Shown: in pieces, positions 35,315 through 44,745 of the stretch
How positions within the stretch are numbered: position 1 is the stretch's first letter
Layout of the letters: the number at the start of each line of letters is the position of its first letter
DNA from: Verrucomicrobiota bacterium
Lineage (GTDB): Bacteria > Verrucomicrobiota > Lentisphaeria > JABSQK01 > JAJFLO01
Assembly (NCBI GenBank): GCA_021772635.1
Contig: JAJFLP010000109.1
Span: 7,317-71,316 of the forward strand
DNA length: 64,000 bases
Reading direction: 5' to 3'
Translations under genes and position numbers: made by a program
Notes under the pieces: model-generated
The model's input: the letters and a program-made list of their open reading frames with translations, nothing else
What the model was told of the DNA's origin: nothing
The model's database searches: none

Positions 35315-37438
35315 TCATTCATCCCAGACGCCATAGTAGGCGCCCATTTCGTCAAAATACTCAAGCAGACGCGCGTAGAACGGATGCGTCGATATGGTCG
35401 AGCTATCTCCGATTACGATCAGCTTTCTCCTGGCGCGGGTGAGGGCGACGTTCATTCTTCGCGTATCCGCGAGAAACCCGATTTCGTTTTCTTTATTGGA
35501 CCGTACAAGTGAGATGATGATCGCCTCATTCTCGCGGCCCTGATACCCGTCAATGCTGGTGACCTCAATATCTTCCCGCGAAATATTTTCGCTTATTTGC
35601 CGAACTTGACCGGCGTATGGAGTGAGCACAGCAAGCTGCTCCGGCTCAACGCCCAGCTCCAATAATTGATCGACTTTTCTGATGACCAATTTCGCCTCAT
35701 TTACATTCAGAAAGCTAGTGCCGCCTCTCTCCTGTTCGTCGTTGTAACCCGCACCAGACGTGTCGATAAAGTGAACCGCTGTCGAGGTCAATTCCTCCTC
35801 CTGAATCCCGTCGAAATCCTTGAGTAACCGGTCCGATACCGAATCATCGGCAACCAGTGAGTTGTCGTAGAATTCGGCTGACGAAAACCCCATAATATCC
35901 TTATGCATTCGATACTGATCGATCAATAACTTCGAAATCTCGCCACCATGCCTCGCAACTAATTTTTCAAACAACGAGAGCCCGAATCCTCTCTTAATGG
36001 CTTCATTCGAAATTACTGTCGGCGGCAGCTGACAATGGTCGCCGGCCAGGATAATACGATCACTGCGGAGCACCGGAATCCATGCTGCCGGCTCGGTGCA
36101 TTGTCCGGCTTCATCGATAATTGCTGTATCGAACCTGCGCGCGCCGAGAAACTGGGCGTCCACGCCGTGAAGAGTACTGCAAATAATTGTTGCCGAGTCT
36201 AATATCGAATCAACCAGTTGCTGCTCGATTTTTTGTGCATCTGCTGCTATTTCACGAGCTTCGGATTGACATTCTTTCCATTCAGTTTTGCTCTTGCCTT
36301 TTTCCCGCATCCTATCGGCTTTACGAAATAGGGTGCTTGCACCCTTCCATAGTTTCTTTGCGAACCCGGCATCATCGTGTTTTTCGGCGAGTCCATCGAG
36401 GTTAAACTCGCGTAGGTGCGGAAGTATCCGAATCGGGTGGCCGAGTCTTACGACGTTCTCTCCTGCATCCAGGAGTTTTTCAAACAAATTGTCTACCGCG
36501 AGGTTACTCGGAGCGCAGGCCAACACCTTCTGCCCTCGCTTTACCATTTCGCGTATAATTTCGACTAAAACTGTCGTTTTCCCGGTTCCCGGCGGTCCAT
36601 GAATGATCGCAATATCCTGGGCTGTCAATGCAAATTTTACTGCGTCCGATTGTGTTTGATTCAATGAGGGACTGGAGACGAAGTGGTCATCCCCTTTAGA
36701 GAACTGCAACTGCGTTGCTCCGACGATAATATCACGGAGTTCTGCAAGTCGATTTCCGCTAGCACTCGCTACTCGCGTAACGGCCATCTGCTCCCGTTGA
36801 CTCGCGATATTATCGTCGGCTAAATCTAATCGAAAAACGGTATCATCCATACTTGGAGGAATGTCCTCCGTCAGGGCGATTTGCACTGACTCACGAGCCA
36901 CTCGACAGACGATTCCGGGACGTGAAACTTGCTGATTAATCTCAGTCAGAAGGACCGGGGATCCGACTCGGATTCGCGTAGGCGGTAGACGTTGTTGGTT
37001 CTTTGGTGCCAAGGTTAAATAGAGCTGACCGCCGAATCCGGTGTCGTCACCAGTGACGATGAGGTTAGTCAGGCTGCTACTCGAGGCGTCTCGATGGTTC
37101 TCCTGGGATTGCCGAAGATTAGCACTTGATAGCTTCGTACATTCCTCCGCCTCAATTTCCAGGAGCTTGAGCAGTTTTTCGAAGTAATCATTTCCGCCGT
37201 AATCGGTGTCGCTGGGGGAGTCCCAGGCTTCAATGGTACGGTTATCGAATTTCTGACCATGCACGAACTTGGTAACCCGCGGCCCCAGATTCGTTTCAAC
37301 ACCGATTCTCGCCAAGGACCCGGTAATTGCGATTCTCCCAACCGCCTTAGATTTGATATTGCCGTGTTCTACCAACCATTGTAGAACTCGGCCCTTGCTC
37401 GTTTTTCTCGGAACTGGATATAGATGAAGTATTGACAT
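35315..37438 (-). CDS. SF1B Upf1/IGHMBP2-like DNA/RNA helicase (AAA_11/AAA_12) with ~80-aa unique N-terminal extension
   Basis: Walker A GPPGTGKTT, DEAG (IIDEAGQ), motifs V/VI (TRARRKLIVIGD) and YFEKLLKLLEIEAEE typical of IGHMBP2-family N-domains. No nuclease domain detected. Confidence 0.8.
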   Translation of the reverse strand: MSILHLYPVPRKTSKGRVLQWLVEHGNIKSKAVGRIAITGSLARIGVETNLGPRVTKFVHGQKFDNRTIEAWDSPSDTDYGGNDYFEKLLKLLEIEAEECTKLSSANLRQSQENHRDASSSSLTNLIVTGDDTGFGGQLYLTLAPKNQQRLPPTRIRVGSPVLLTEINQQVSRPGIVCRVARESVQIALTEDIPPSMDDTVFRLDLADDNIASQREQMAVTRVASASGNRLAELRDIIVGATQLQFSKGDDHFVSSPSLNQTQSDAVKFALTAQDIAIIHGPPGTGKTTVLVEIIREMVKRGQKVLACAPSNLAVDNLFEKLLDAGENVVRLGHPIRILPHLREFNLDGLAEKHDDAGFAKKLWKGASTLFRKADRMREKGKSKTEWKECQSEAREIAADAQKIEQQLVDSILDSATIICSTLHGVDAQFLGARRFDTAIIDEAGQCTEPAAWIPVLRSDRIILAGDHCQLPPTVISNEAIKRGFGLSLFEKLVARHGGEISKLLIDQYRMHKDIMGFSSAEFYDNSLVADDSVSDRLLKDFDGIQEEELTSTAVHFIDTSGAGYNDEQERGGTSFLNVNEAKLVIRKVDQLLELGVEPEQLAVLTPYAGQVRQISENISREDIEVTSIDGYQGRENEAIIISLVRSNKENEIGFLADTRRMNVALTRARRKLIVIGDSSTISTHPFYARLLEYFDEMGAYYGVWDE

Positions 37439-37752
37439 TGTTTACGTAGTTCGTGTTTCGTATTGAATTACTGATGTTGTGAAATTGTATACCCACCGTC
37501 ATTGGGTTTTCGAATATACCGTCCGACATCCCTTAGGCACCGGATTCAAAGTCTTCCAAAAATTGTACTGCATGCAGTATACCATAATTCAATGGACTGC
37601 AAGCAGTACAATTTTTGGCCCACTTTGAATTCGGTGCCTACGGGATGTCGCAAACCCGAGGATGTTGGCTTTAGCCGAAATCCGTTTGCTTTGCTAAGCA
37701 ATCAATGTAAGTTCCTTCTCGCACTGGTACCGCTCATTTTTCAATTGTAAAT

Positions 37753-37808
37753 TCACGAATCACGCATCACGAAATACCTACCACGAACCACGAACCACGA
37801 ATCACGTA
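37753..37808. repeat. Degenerate heptanucleotide tandem repeat (CACGAAY)x~8 abutting the EF-hand gene start codon
   Basis: CACGAATCACGCATCACGAAATACCTACCACGAACCACGAACCACGAATCACGTAG then CCC ATG. Confidence 0.6.
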
Positions 37809-37812
37809 GCCC

Positions 37813-38448
37813 ATGCTCAGCGAAGTCCAGAAGATAAAATTCGAATATTTATTTAATCTCTATGACGCCAATAATAACGGTGTTGTCGAGTTCGCTGATT
37901 TTTCCGCATACGTCGGGCGATTTACTGAATTATACGAGTTGCCCGAGGATTCCGAGACCTTGAAACAGTTGAACAAGACCGCTGAAGCCTGGTGGGACGT
38001 GATCAAGGCAAATGCGGATTTAAACGATGACGGTGTTGTCACGATCGAGGAGTGGATGGGCTTCGCAGAGCGGTATGTCGAAACTCTGGAAACCTATCCG
38101 GATGGAGCGAAGTATCTGACCAAGTTCATAATTACAATATTTAACGTCGTTGACGAGAACAAGAATAACTTGATCAGCTCCAAAGAATACGCCAATTTTT
38201 TATTCGCATGGGGTGTTGACAAGGACGTCGATTTGGCGTTCCGAAAGCTTGACGCCGACGGCGACCATAGTTTGTCGGAAAAGGATATGATCGACTTGGT
38301 TTTTGAGTTCTACTTGAGCGATGACCCGCACGCGCCTGGCAATCATTTTTACGGAATGATCCCGAATGAAATCTTCGCGGAACCTCCCGAAGAAGAAGTC
38401 CCCACTGACAATACGATAACCCGTATATTTAAGTCGATTTTTAAGTAG
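37813..38448 (+). CDS. Four-EF-hand calcium-binding protein (calerythrin / sarcoplasmic Ca-binding-protein-like)
   Basis: Four 12-residue loops: DANNNGVVEFAD, DLNDDGVVTIEE, DENKNNLISSKE, DADGDHSLSEKD. No SD; start immediately follows the heptamer repeat. Confidence 0.75.
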   Translation: MLSEVQKIKFEYLFNLYDANNNGVVEFADFSAYVGRFTELYELPEDSETLKQLNKTAEAWWDVIKANADLNDDGVVTIEEWMGFAERYVETLETYPDGAKYLTKFIITIFNVVDENKNNLISSKEYANFLFAWGVDKDVDLAFRKLDADGDHSLSEKDMIDLVFEFYLSDDPHAPGNHFYGMIPNEIFAEPPEEEVPTDNTITRIFKSIFK

Positions 38449-38574
38449 TTCGAGAACGGTAATTTAATCCCACCAGTGGGTGTAATTCCCCGTTTTGCTG
38501 TCCAGCACGAACGTAGCAATGCTTCATCTTGAAAAGTTCGTACCTCGTGGGCTTGCTCCGACGTAATTGATTTT

Positions 38575-38758
38575 CTCTAGCCTGAATAATTCACCAGTAT
38601 TCTGCTACGAGCCCTAATCTCTGCTCAAATAAACCGATTGGCTTGACTTCACATCTTAGTGAATGAAAATTCACTTTCGCCGTGGCGCCTTCTCCAATCG
38701 TCTTATTATGAACGGGTTAAGTTCTCTCGCGACGAATCGCGTGAATTAATCAGGCTAG
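38575..38758. mobile_element. ~185-bp MITE-like element, copy 2 (see 3304-3484)
   Basis: Near-identical to copy 1 including both TIRs. Confidence 0.5.
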
Positions 38759-38949
38759 CACGCTGGAGACCGGCGTGGTTGCATATTTTGAGGCATCGAC
38801 TTAGACAGTGTTCGAAAATGGGGTAGAAAAACTCATTTCAGATTACTGTGTTACTTTGGTCCAGGGAACCTTATTCCTCAAAGGTAAAACCCCCGCGGCT
38901 CACCGAGCGTCGCTGCCCCTCCTGTATTTTCGGTACTCCGATTCAGTCT

Positions 38950-41900
38950 ATGTCAATTCGCCTAAAATTTACGATCGTATTAATTGCGTTATCGCTTACG
39001 CCACTCATCACCGTCGGATTCTTAACGTATTATCACAGCGAGGCTAGAATTCGCGAGAACATTGGCTCCGGATTACAGCAGGCGGCCGTTAGGACATTGA
39101 ATGAAGTGTACCGCAATTTATTCTATGTCTACCGGGATGTCGGTACATGGTCTAAATTGGAATTAATGGAGGATATTTTCGCCGACGACGTGGACGGCAA
39201 GATCACTTCTTTCCTTCTAAACCTGAAGAACGAATATGAATATTTTTCCAGCATCAATGTAATAAACCATGAAGGCGTCGTTGTCTCCTCTACGGATGCG
39301 GCAGCAGTTGGCAGTAATCTGAGTAAGAAGTCTGAGTTCGTCACGGTGATGCAGAAAGGCCGGCCATTTGTTAGTGACGTCGAGTTAAATAAATCGACTG
39401 GTGAATGGAATATCATATTTACGTTTCCGATTATGTCAAGATTTCAACCCGGTGAGATCGAAGGTGTGATATGCGCGAGCTTCGACGCCGCGAATCTGAA
39501 TATCAGTACCGGCCGTTACGACACAAAGAGTGACCCGTACCTGATTCGTTTTGTTCTCCTGAATCGCTCCGGTCTTATCATATCATCTACCGACAGGCAA
39601 AAAGATCGGGTCTTCCGATCCAATCTGGTACAACATGGCCTGCAATCGGCCAGGGATGCCAGCTTGCAGCGCGAAGGTTATACGATTGAAACTAACGAGT
39701 TAGAACAGGAGGTTCTGGTAGGATACGGGAGTCAGTCCGGATATCGACGATTCTTTGATCTGCAATGGACAGCATTGGCATCGCAGGAGACACGCATCGC
39801 TTTTGCGCCCGTTGCGGAAATGCGAGCGTTTATTATCGCCGTGGCCATGATAGTTATAGTTTTCGTGGCTTGGCTGTCAATTCGCCTTTCCAATAAGATC
39901 GCGAAGCCACTGGTGGAAGTGGCCATGGTCGCAAAAGAGGTTTCAGTCGGCAATCTCGAACTGAAAGTTGAACATAAGTCGCACGACGAACTGGGATTGC
40001 TTTCCGATTCATTTAATCAAATGATCGCTAAACTTAAGGATCAGCGGGCACAGTTGATCGCGCGAGACTACCTCGATTCGATTTTGGGGAACATGTCTGA
40101 TTCTCTAATCGTAACCGATACCAATGGAAAAATTCAGAGTGTCAATAAAGCCTTATTGGGCATGCTGGATTATACGGATGCTGATCTGATTGGATCTCCC
40201 ATAACGAAGGTTCTTACTATCGCTGCCGGCGCGACCGAAGCCGATCAAGGAATCGGCGACTTGCTCGGTGCAGGGAGCGTATCCCGGCGAGACCTGAACT
40301 ATTTAACTGCCGCGGGCGAAGCGATACCCGTGAGCTTCTCAGCCGACAAGTTATGCGGGAGCGACACCATAGAAGGCGGGTTTGTATGCATTGCTCGGGA
40401 CATAACGGTGCAGAAAGAAGTCGAGGCTATGTTGCTCGAGGCAAAAACGGCTGCCGAGAATGCGACTCAGACCAAGTCCGCGTTCTTAGCCAATATGAGC
40501 CATGAGATCAGGACGCCTCTGAACGGCGTAATCGGAATGGCGGGATTATTGGCACGGACATCACTTAATGATGAACAGGCAGAGTTCGTAAGTACCATTA
40601 AAACCAGCGGCGATGCCTTATTGACAGTAATCAACGATATCCTCGATTTTTCCAAGATGGAGGCGGGAAAACTGGATATAGAAAACCACCCGTTTGATAT
40701 CCGCGATTGTGTCGAGGAGGCCCTCGATCTCGTAGCGCCCGCGGTCAAGGAAAAAGACCTTGAGCTAGTATACCTGGTAGACGATAACGTTCCGGCCTCA
40801 ATCATGAGTGATATTACTCGATTGCGGCAGATTTTAGTCAACCTTTTGAACAACGCCATAAAATTCACTGCCAATGGAGAGATCGTGTTGCGGGTAGATG
40901 CGGTGCCGACGAAACCGGAAGTCACCGATTCAGATATCGGGGATACAGGCAAACACTTTCAACTGAAATTTTCTGTCGCCGACACCGGTATCGGAATTCC
41001 AGCGGACCGTCTGGACCGGTTGTTTAAGGCTTTTTCGCAGATTGACTCATCGACCACCCGCGAGTACGGCGGGACCGGTCTCGGGTTAACGATCAGCAAA
41101 CGTCTGGCGCAAATGTTAGGTGGAGACATGTGGGTCGAGAGCTTAGTTGATCACGGTTCGACATTTTACTTTACAATTGCCGCGGAAAAGGTGGCGAGCC
41201 GACCTCGGGTATACCTCCGCGGTAAGCAGCCGCAATTGGATGGCACTTCGGTATTGATCGTTGACGACAACGCCACGAACCGCAATATTTTGACTCGTCA
41301 ATGTGAGTCGTGGGGAATGGAACCAATAGTGACAGGTTCCACCCGAAAAGCTTTAGAGTGGGTAACGGCACGGACCCGGTTCAAGATAGCGCTGATCGAC
41401 ATGCAGATGCCCGAAATGGACGGGATAACGCTGGCCCGTAAAATTCGTGAATTTCCCGAGTTTAAAAAGCTGCCGATTATCATACTATCTTCCATCGGCA
41501 GTACCCCCAGCGAAATAGATCGCATTGGAATTGACTCTTTCATCAATAAACCCATAAAAACATCGCACCTTTTCAACACAATAGTAAAATTGATGGGAGG
41601 CGAGGGTGTCGCCGTACGGCAGGCCGACAAATACGATCAGGGCATCGACAGCAACCTCGCCGGCAAATTGCCGCTTCAAATTTTAATCGCTGAAGATAAT
41701 GTCGTTAATCAAAAGGTCGCGCAAAAGTATCTCGCGTGTCTGGGGTATACCGCAGATATTGTCGCTAACGGCTTAGAAGCCATTAATGCGATCGAGCGTC
41801 AGCCTTATGACCTCGTGTTTATGGATGTCCAGATGCCGGAGATGGATGGGTTCGAAGCAACTCGTATAATCGTGAAGAAATGGGATCGTATCGACCGGCC

Positions 41901-42435
41901 GAAAATTATAGCAATGACTGCGAATGCGATGAAGGGCGATCGAGAACGTTGCTTAGATGCGGGCATGGATGATTACATCAGTAAACCGGTTCAATTGTTT
42001 GAGATACAGGAAATCCTGCTGAAGTCAAAATCGTCCACTGTCGTGTCGAATGTTGTGAATGAGTCGAGTCTGGTGGAAACTCTTGTTAAGAGACAGTTCG
42101 CAATTCTTGCCGATTCGTTTCAAGAAGATCCATATGAATTTGTTGAATTGCTTCACCTTTTTGAAATGGAATCGCAGTCAATGTTAAACGCATTGGAAAA
42201 ACAAGCAATTGAATTGGATACGGGCGGGCTCCGAAAAACCGCGCATGAATACAAGGGTGTCGCGGCCAACCTCGGTGCTGGGAAGATCGTGAAACTCTGT
42301 GAGAAACTGGAAGCGATCGAGACAATAGAGGCCGGTGATGGTTTACGAGATACACTAAAAGGGCTCAGGACGGAAACGGATAAAATCATCGCGATTATTC
42401 ATGTCCAACAGGAAAAATATTCGACAAACGGCTAA
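38950..42435 (+). CDS. Hybrid sensor kinase / phosphorelay protein (TM, Cache-like periplasmic domain, HAMP, PAS, HisKA, HATPase_c, two receivers, C-terminal HPt)
   Basis: Start taken at MSIRLKFTIVLIALSL (34 codons into the track ORF). H-box MSHEIRTPLNGVIGM, G-boxes DTGIGI / GGTGLGLTIS, two D-x-x-MP-x-MDG receivers, HPt helix HEYKGVAANLGA. Confidence 0.85.
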   Translation: MSIRLKFTIVLIALSLTPLITVGFLTYYHSEARIRENIGSGLQQAAVRTLNEVYRNLFYVYRDVGTWSKLELMEDIFADDVDGKITSFLLNLKNEYEYFSSINVINHEGVVVSSTDAAAVGSNLSKKSEFVTVMQKGRPFVSDVELNKSTGEWNIIFTFPIMSRFQPGEIEGVICASFDAANLNISTGRYDTKSDPYLIRFVLLNRSGLIISSTDRQKDRVFRSNLVQHGLQSARDASLQREGYTIETNELEQEVLVGYGSQSGYRRFFDLQWTALASQETRIAFAPVAEMRAFIIAVAMIVIVFVAWLSIRLSNKIAKPLVEVAMVAKEVSVGNLELKVEHKSHDELGLLSDSFNQMIAKLKDQRAQLIARDYLDSILGNMSDSLIVTDTNGKIQSVNKALLGMLDYTDADLIGSPITKVLTIAAGATEADQGIGDLLGAGSVSRRDLNYLTAAGEAIPVSFSADKLCGSDTIEGGFVCIARDITVQKEVEAMLLEAKTAAENATQTKSAFLANMSHEIRTPLNGVIGMAGLLARTSLNDEQAEFVSTIKTSGDALLTVINDILDFSKMEAGKLDIENHPFDIRDCVEEALDLVAPAVKEKDLELVYLVDDNVPASIMSDITRLRQILVNLLNNAIKFTANGEIVLRVDAVPTKPEVTDSDIGDTGKHFQLKFSVADTGIGIPADRLDRLFKAFSQIDSSTTREYGGTGLGLTISKRLAQMLGGDMWVESLVDHGSTFYFTIAAEKVASRPRVYLRGKQPQLDGTSVLIVDDNATNRNILTRQCESWGMEPIVTGSTRKALEWVTARTRFKIALIDMQMPEMDGITLARKIREFPEFKKLPIIILSSIGSTPSEIDRIGIDSFINKPIKTSHLFNTIVKLMGGEGVAVRQADKYDQGIDSNLAGKLPLQILIAEDNVVNQKVAQKYLACLGYTADIVANGLEAINAIERQPYDLVFMDVQMPEMDGFEATRIIVKKWDRIDRPKIIAMTANAMKGDRERCLDAGMDDYISKPVQLFEIQEILLKSKSSTVVSNVVNESSLVETLVKRQFAILADSFQEDPYEFVELLHLFEMESQSMLNALEKQAIELDTGGLRKTAHEYKGVAANLGAGKIVKLCEKLEAIETIEAGDGLRDTLKGLRTETDKIIAIIHVQQEKYSTNG

Positions 42436-42629
42436 AGCTGTTTACTCTATACCACATCCAAATATTTTACTGCTTGCAGTATACACTGATTCCTTTCGCC
42501 CCTATGCCGGGCGAAACATTGTTCGGAATCTCTTGCCTACTTAATTTAATTTTTCTCTCGGTAAAAACGGAATCACGGCTATCTGGACCGAAATTCCGAT
42601 TGATTGCAGCTTAAGGTCGAACGAATAAA

Positions 42630-43889
42630 ATGAAAACTCTCACTCAATTCGTGCTCAAGTCGATCTTCCTGATTTCCGCAACCTTGACTGTTGCGGCTGA
42701 CGGAGACCTTGATTCTATGAAGGAACAAATTCGCCAGCTAAGGGCGGATAACGAGTCTCTCCACAACCACCTCGACAGGCAGCAAATACTCATTGATCAA
42801 TTGCTCGGTAAACTCAATAAGTTGGAAGACGATCAAGCACAACAGCGTATTGAACAGGAGATGCTGGCTGCGAATCAGACTGTTCCGGTCAGTGGATTTC
42901 CGGAACTGAAATTTAAGGGATTTAGCGACGTTAGCTATGAAGCTGAACTCGATTCGCCACGAAATAAAACGCACAACGACACGTTTTTCCTCGGTCAATT
43001 TGACCTCATGATCTCAAGCCAGATCAACGACAGAGTCTCTTTTCTAGGTGAAGTTGTCTTCGAATTCGACGACGAGAATACGGCTGTACTTGATCTTGAG
43101 CGCGTTGAATTGACCTACTCGGTTTCTGATTTACTGCACATCCGTATTGGACGTACGCACACCGCTCTTGGTCATTGGAACGAAACCTATCACCATGGAT
43201 CGTGGTTTCAGACGACCGTAAGCAGACCGATAATCTACGGGTTCGAGGACGAAGGCGGGGTATTACCTGTTCATTCGGTTGGCGTAGAACTGTTCGGTAA
43301 GAAAGAGTTGAAGCTTTTCGATATCGACTACAGTATCGGATTGTCGAACGGTCGCGGACCAATAACGGACTCGATTCAGAATATTTCCGACGGTAACGAC
43401 GAGAAGGCGATAAACTTAAAACTGACACTTGCCCCGGCGTTTGTGCCTGGACTCAAGTTTGGGGTGAGTGGCTACGCCGATAAAATACCTGCAGATATAA
43501 ATAACCCCGCTCGTAATGGTGAAATCGATGAGAAAATTCTCGGGGCACATCTGATTTATAACGGTGGCCGACTAGAGCTGCTCGCAGAGGTCTCTTATGT
43601 TGACCACGAAGACCAGGTCAGTCGTCGGCAATACGATACGGTCGGGTATTATGCACAGGCCGGGTACAGGTTTGAAAGGCTAACCCCGTATTATCGGTAC
43701 GATGCCGTCGAATTTAGTGACCGTGATCCATTTTTCGCGCCTACTGCCAACGACATATCCAAGCACACTGTTGGCATTCGCTGGGATATCTATACCTGGA
43801 ACGCTTTGAAACTTGAGTACAGCTACGCGGATAAGGACCGGAGTGATGATTCGCAAACTATTACCCTTCAATCAACGTTCACATTCTAG
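42630..43889 (+). CDS. Outer-membrane porin with N-terminal coiled-coil (OprO/P-like phosphate-selective porin family candidate)
   Basis: Signal peptide, ~60-aa heptad coiled coil (IRQLRADNESLHNHLDRQQILIDQLLGKLNKLEDD), beta-strand-rich body, C-terminal aromatic STFTF. Confidence 0.5.
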   Translation: MKTLTQFVLKSIFLISATLTVAADGDLDSMKEQIRQLRADNESLHNHLDRQQILIDQLLGKLNKLEDDQAQQRIEQEMLAANQTVPVSGFPELKFKGFSDVSYEAELDSPRNKTHNDTFFLGQFDLMISSQINDRVSFLGEVVFEFDDENTAVLDLERVELTYSVSDLLHIRIGRTHTALGHWNETYHHGSWFQTTVSRPIIYGFEDEGGVLPVHSVGVELFGKKELKLFDIDYSIGLSNGRGPITDSIQNISDGNDEKAINLKLTLAPAFVPGLKFGVSGYADKIPADINNPARNGEIDEKILGAHLIYNGGRLELLAEVSYVDHEDQVSRRQYDTVGYYAQAGYRFERLTPYYRYDAVEFSDRDPFFAPTANDISKHTVGIRWDIYTWNALKLEYSYADKDRSDDSQTITLQSTFTF

Positions 43890-43893
43890 ACCG

Positions 43894-44379
43894 ATGATCA
43901 ACGCACAAATTAATTTGTATTTAACCGTAATTTCCTGCTTCTTATTCCTTGGGGGGGCGGATCTGTACGCGAAGGATATTTCGGTTATCGTGAACAACAA
44001 AAACCAACTAAGCGATCTCTCAAGCCAGGATCTGATCAAGATCTTTAAGAGCGATAAACAATTTTGGAAGGATGGTAAGAAAATTTATCTTATTCTTCAC
44101 GAAGAAGGTAGCGACGAGAAGGCGGTCGTACTTAACTGTATTTACAGGATGGAAACAGACGAATTAAGGAAATTTTGGTTAGGAAAATTATATCGCGGGG
44201 CTATCGCGACCTTGCCAAAGACAGTAAGCTCTAACGAAGCAATAAAGCGTTTCATTTCCCGAGTGCCAAATGCAATTGGAGTGATCGATACAGCGGCTAT
44301 TGATGGCTCGGTAAAATCCCTTAGTATTGATGGCAAAAATCCCTCAGACGTCGGTTATCTGTTGGCGACCCATCCGTAG
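43894..44379 (+). CDS. Small PstS-like periplasmic binding-domain protein
   Basis: 161 aa with signal peptide. DISVIVNNKNQLSDLSSQDLIKIF and GVIDTAAIDGSVKSL resemble the two lobes of PBP-like type 2 domains. Start 5 nt after the porin stop. Confidence 0.4.
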   Translation: MINAQINLYLTVISCFLFLGGADLYAKDISVIVNNKNQLSDLSSQDLIKIFKSDKQFWKDGKKIYLILHEEGSDEKAVVLNCIYRMETDELRKFWLGKLYRGAIATLPKTVSSNEAIKRFISRVPNAIGVIDTAAIDGSVKSLSIDGKNPSDVGYLLATHP

Positions 44380-44745
44380 CTATCGCCGGCAAAGATTACA
44401 GGGTTCTTCCCATTCGCGTCGTTCGAAGTCATCACCTTCGCTCTCACCATCGAATTATCGACGGCCTCCGCTTTTTTATCCAAATCGGAGTTTAGTGACG
44501 AGCAGGTCTTTCGTCTTGGAGCCTGAATCCGCAGGTCTGGAATGCCGCGTCCCTGGAAAATGGGGCCTCGGTATCTCGAGTCGTTACGACCACATCTGTC
44601 CCGATGTCGACAGTAAAATCGCCGACTTTGAACTTGACGGGATCAGTGCACAGTTGTACTTAAATCTTGGATTTTGAGTAAGAAATATCAACCGCAGAGG
44701 ATCAGTTGAAAAATAGAAGCCATAAAAATTAGGACCATAATCGTT

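Noticed and set aside
44327-44677. 116-aa ORF between the PBP-like gene and GT9
   Set aside because: Arg/Ser/Pro-rich low-complexity translation with no start context. The region may simply be the GT9 promoter or leader.
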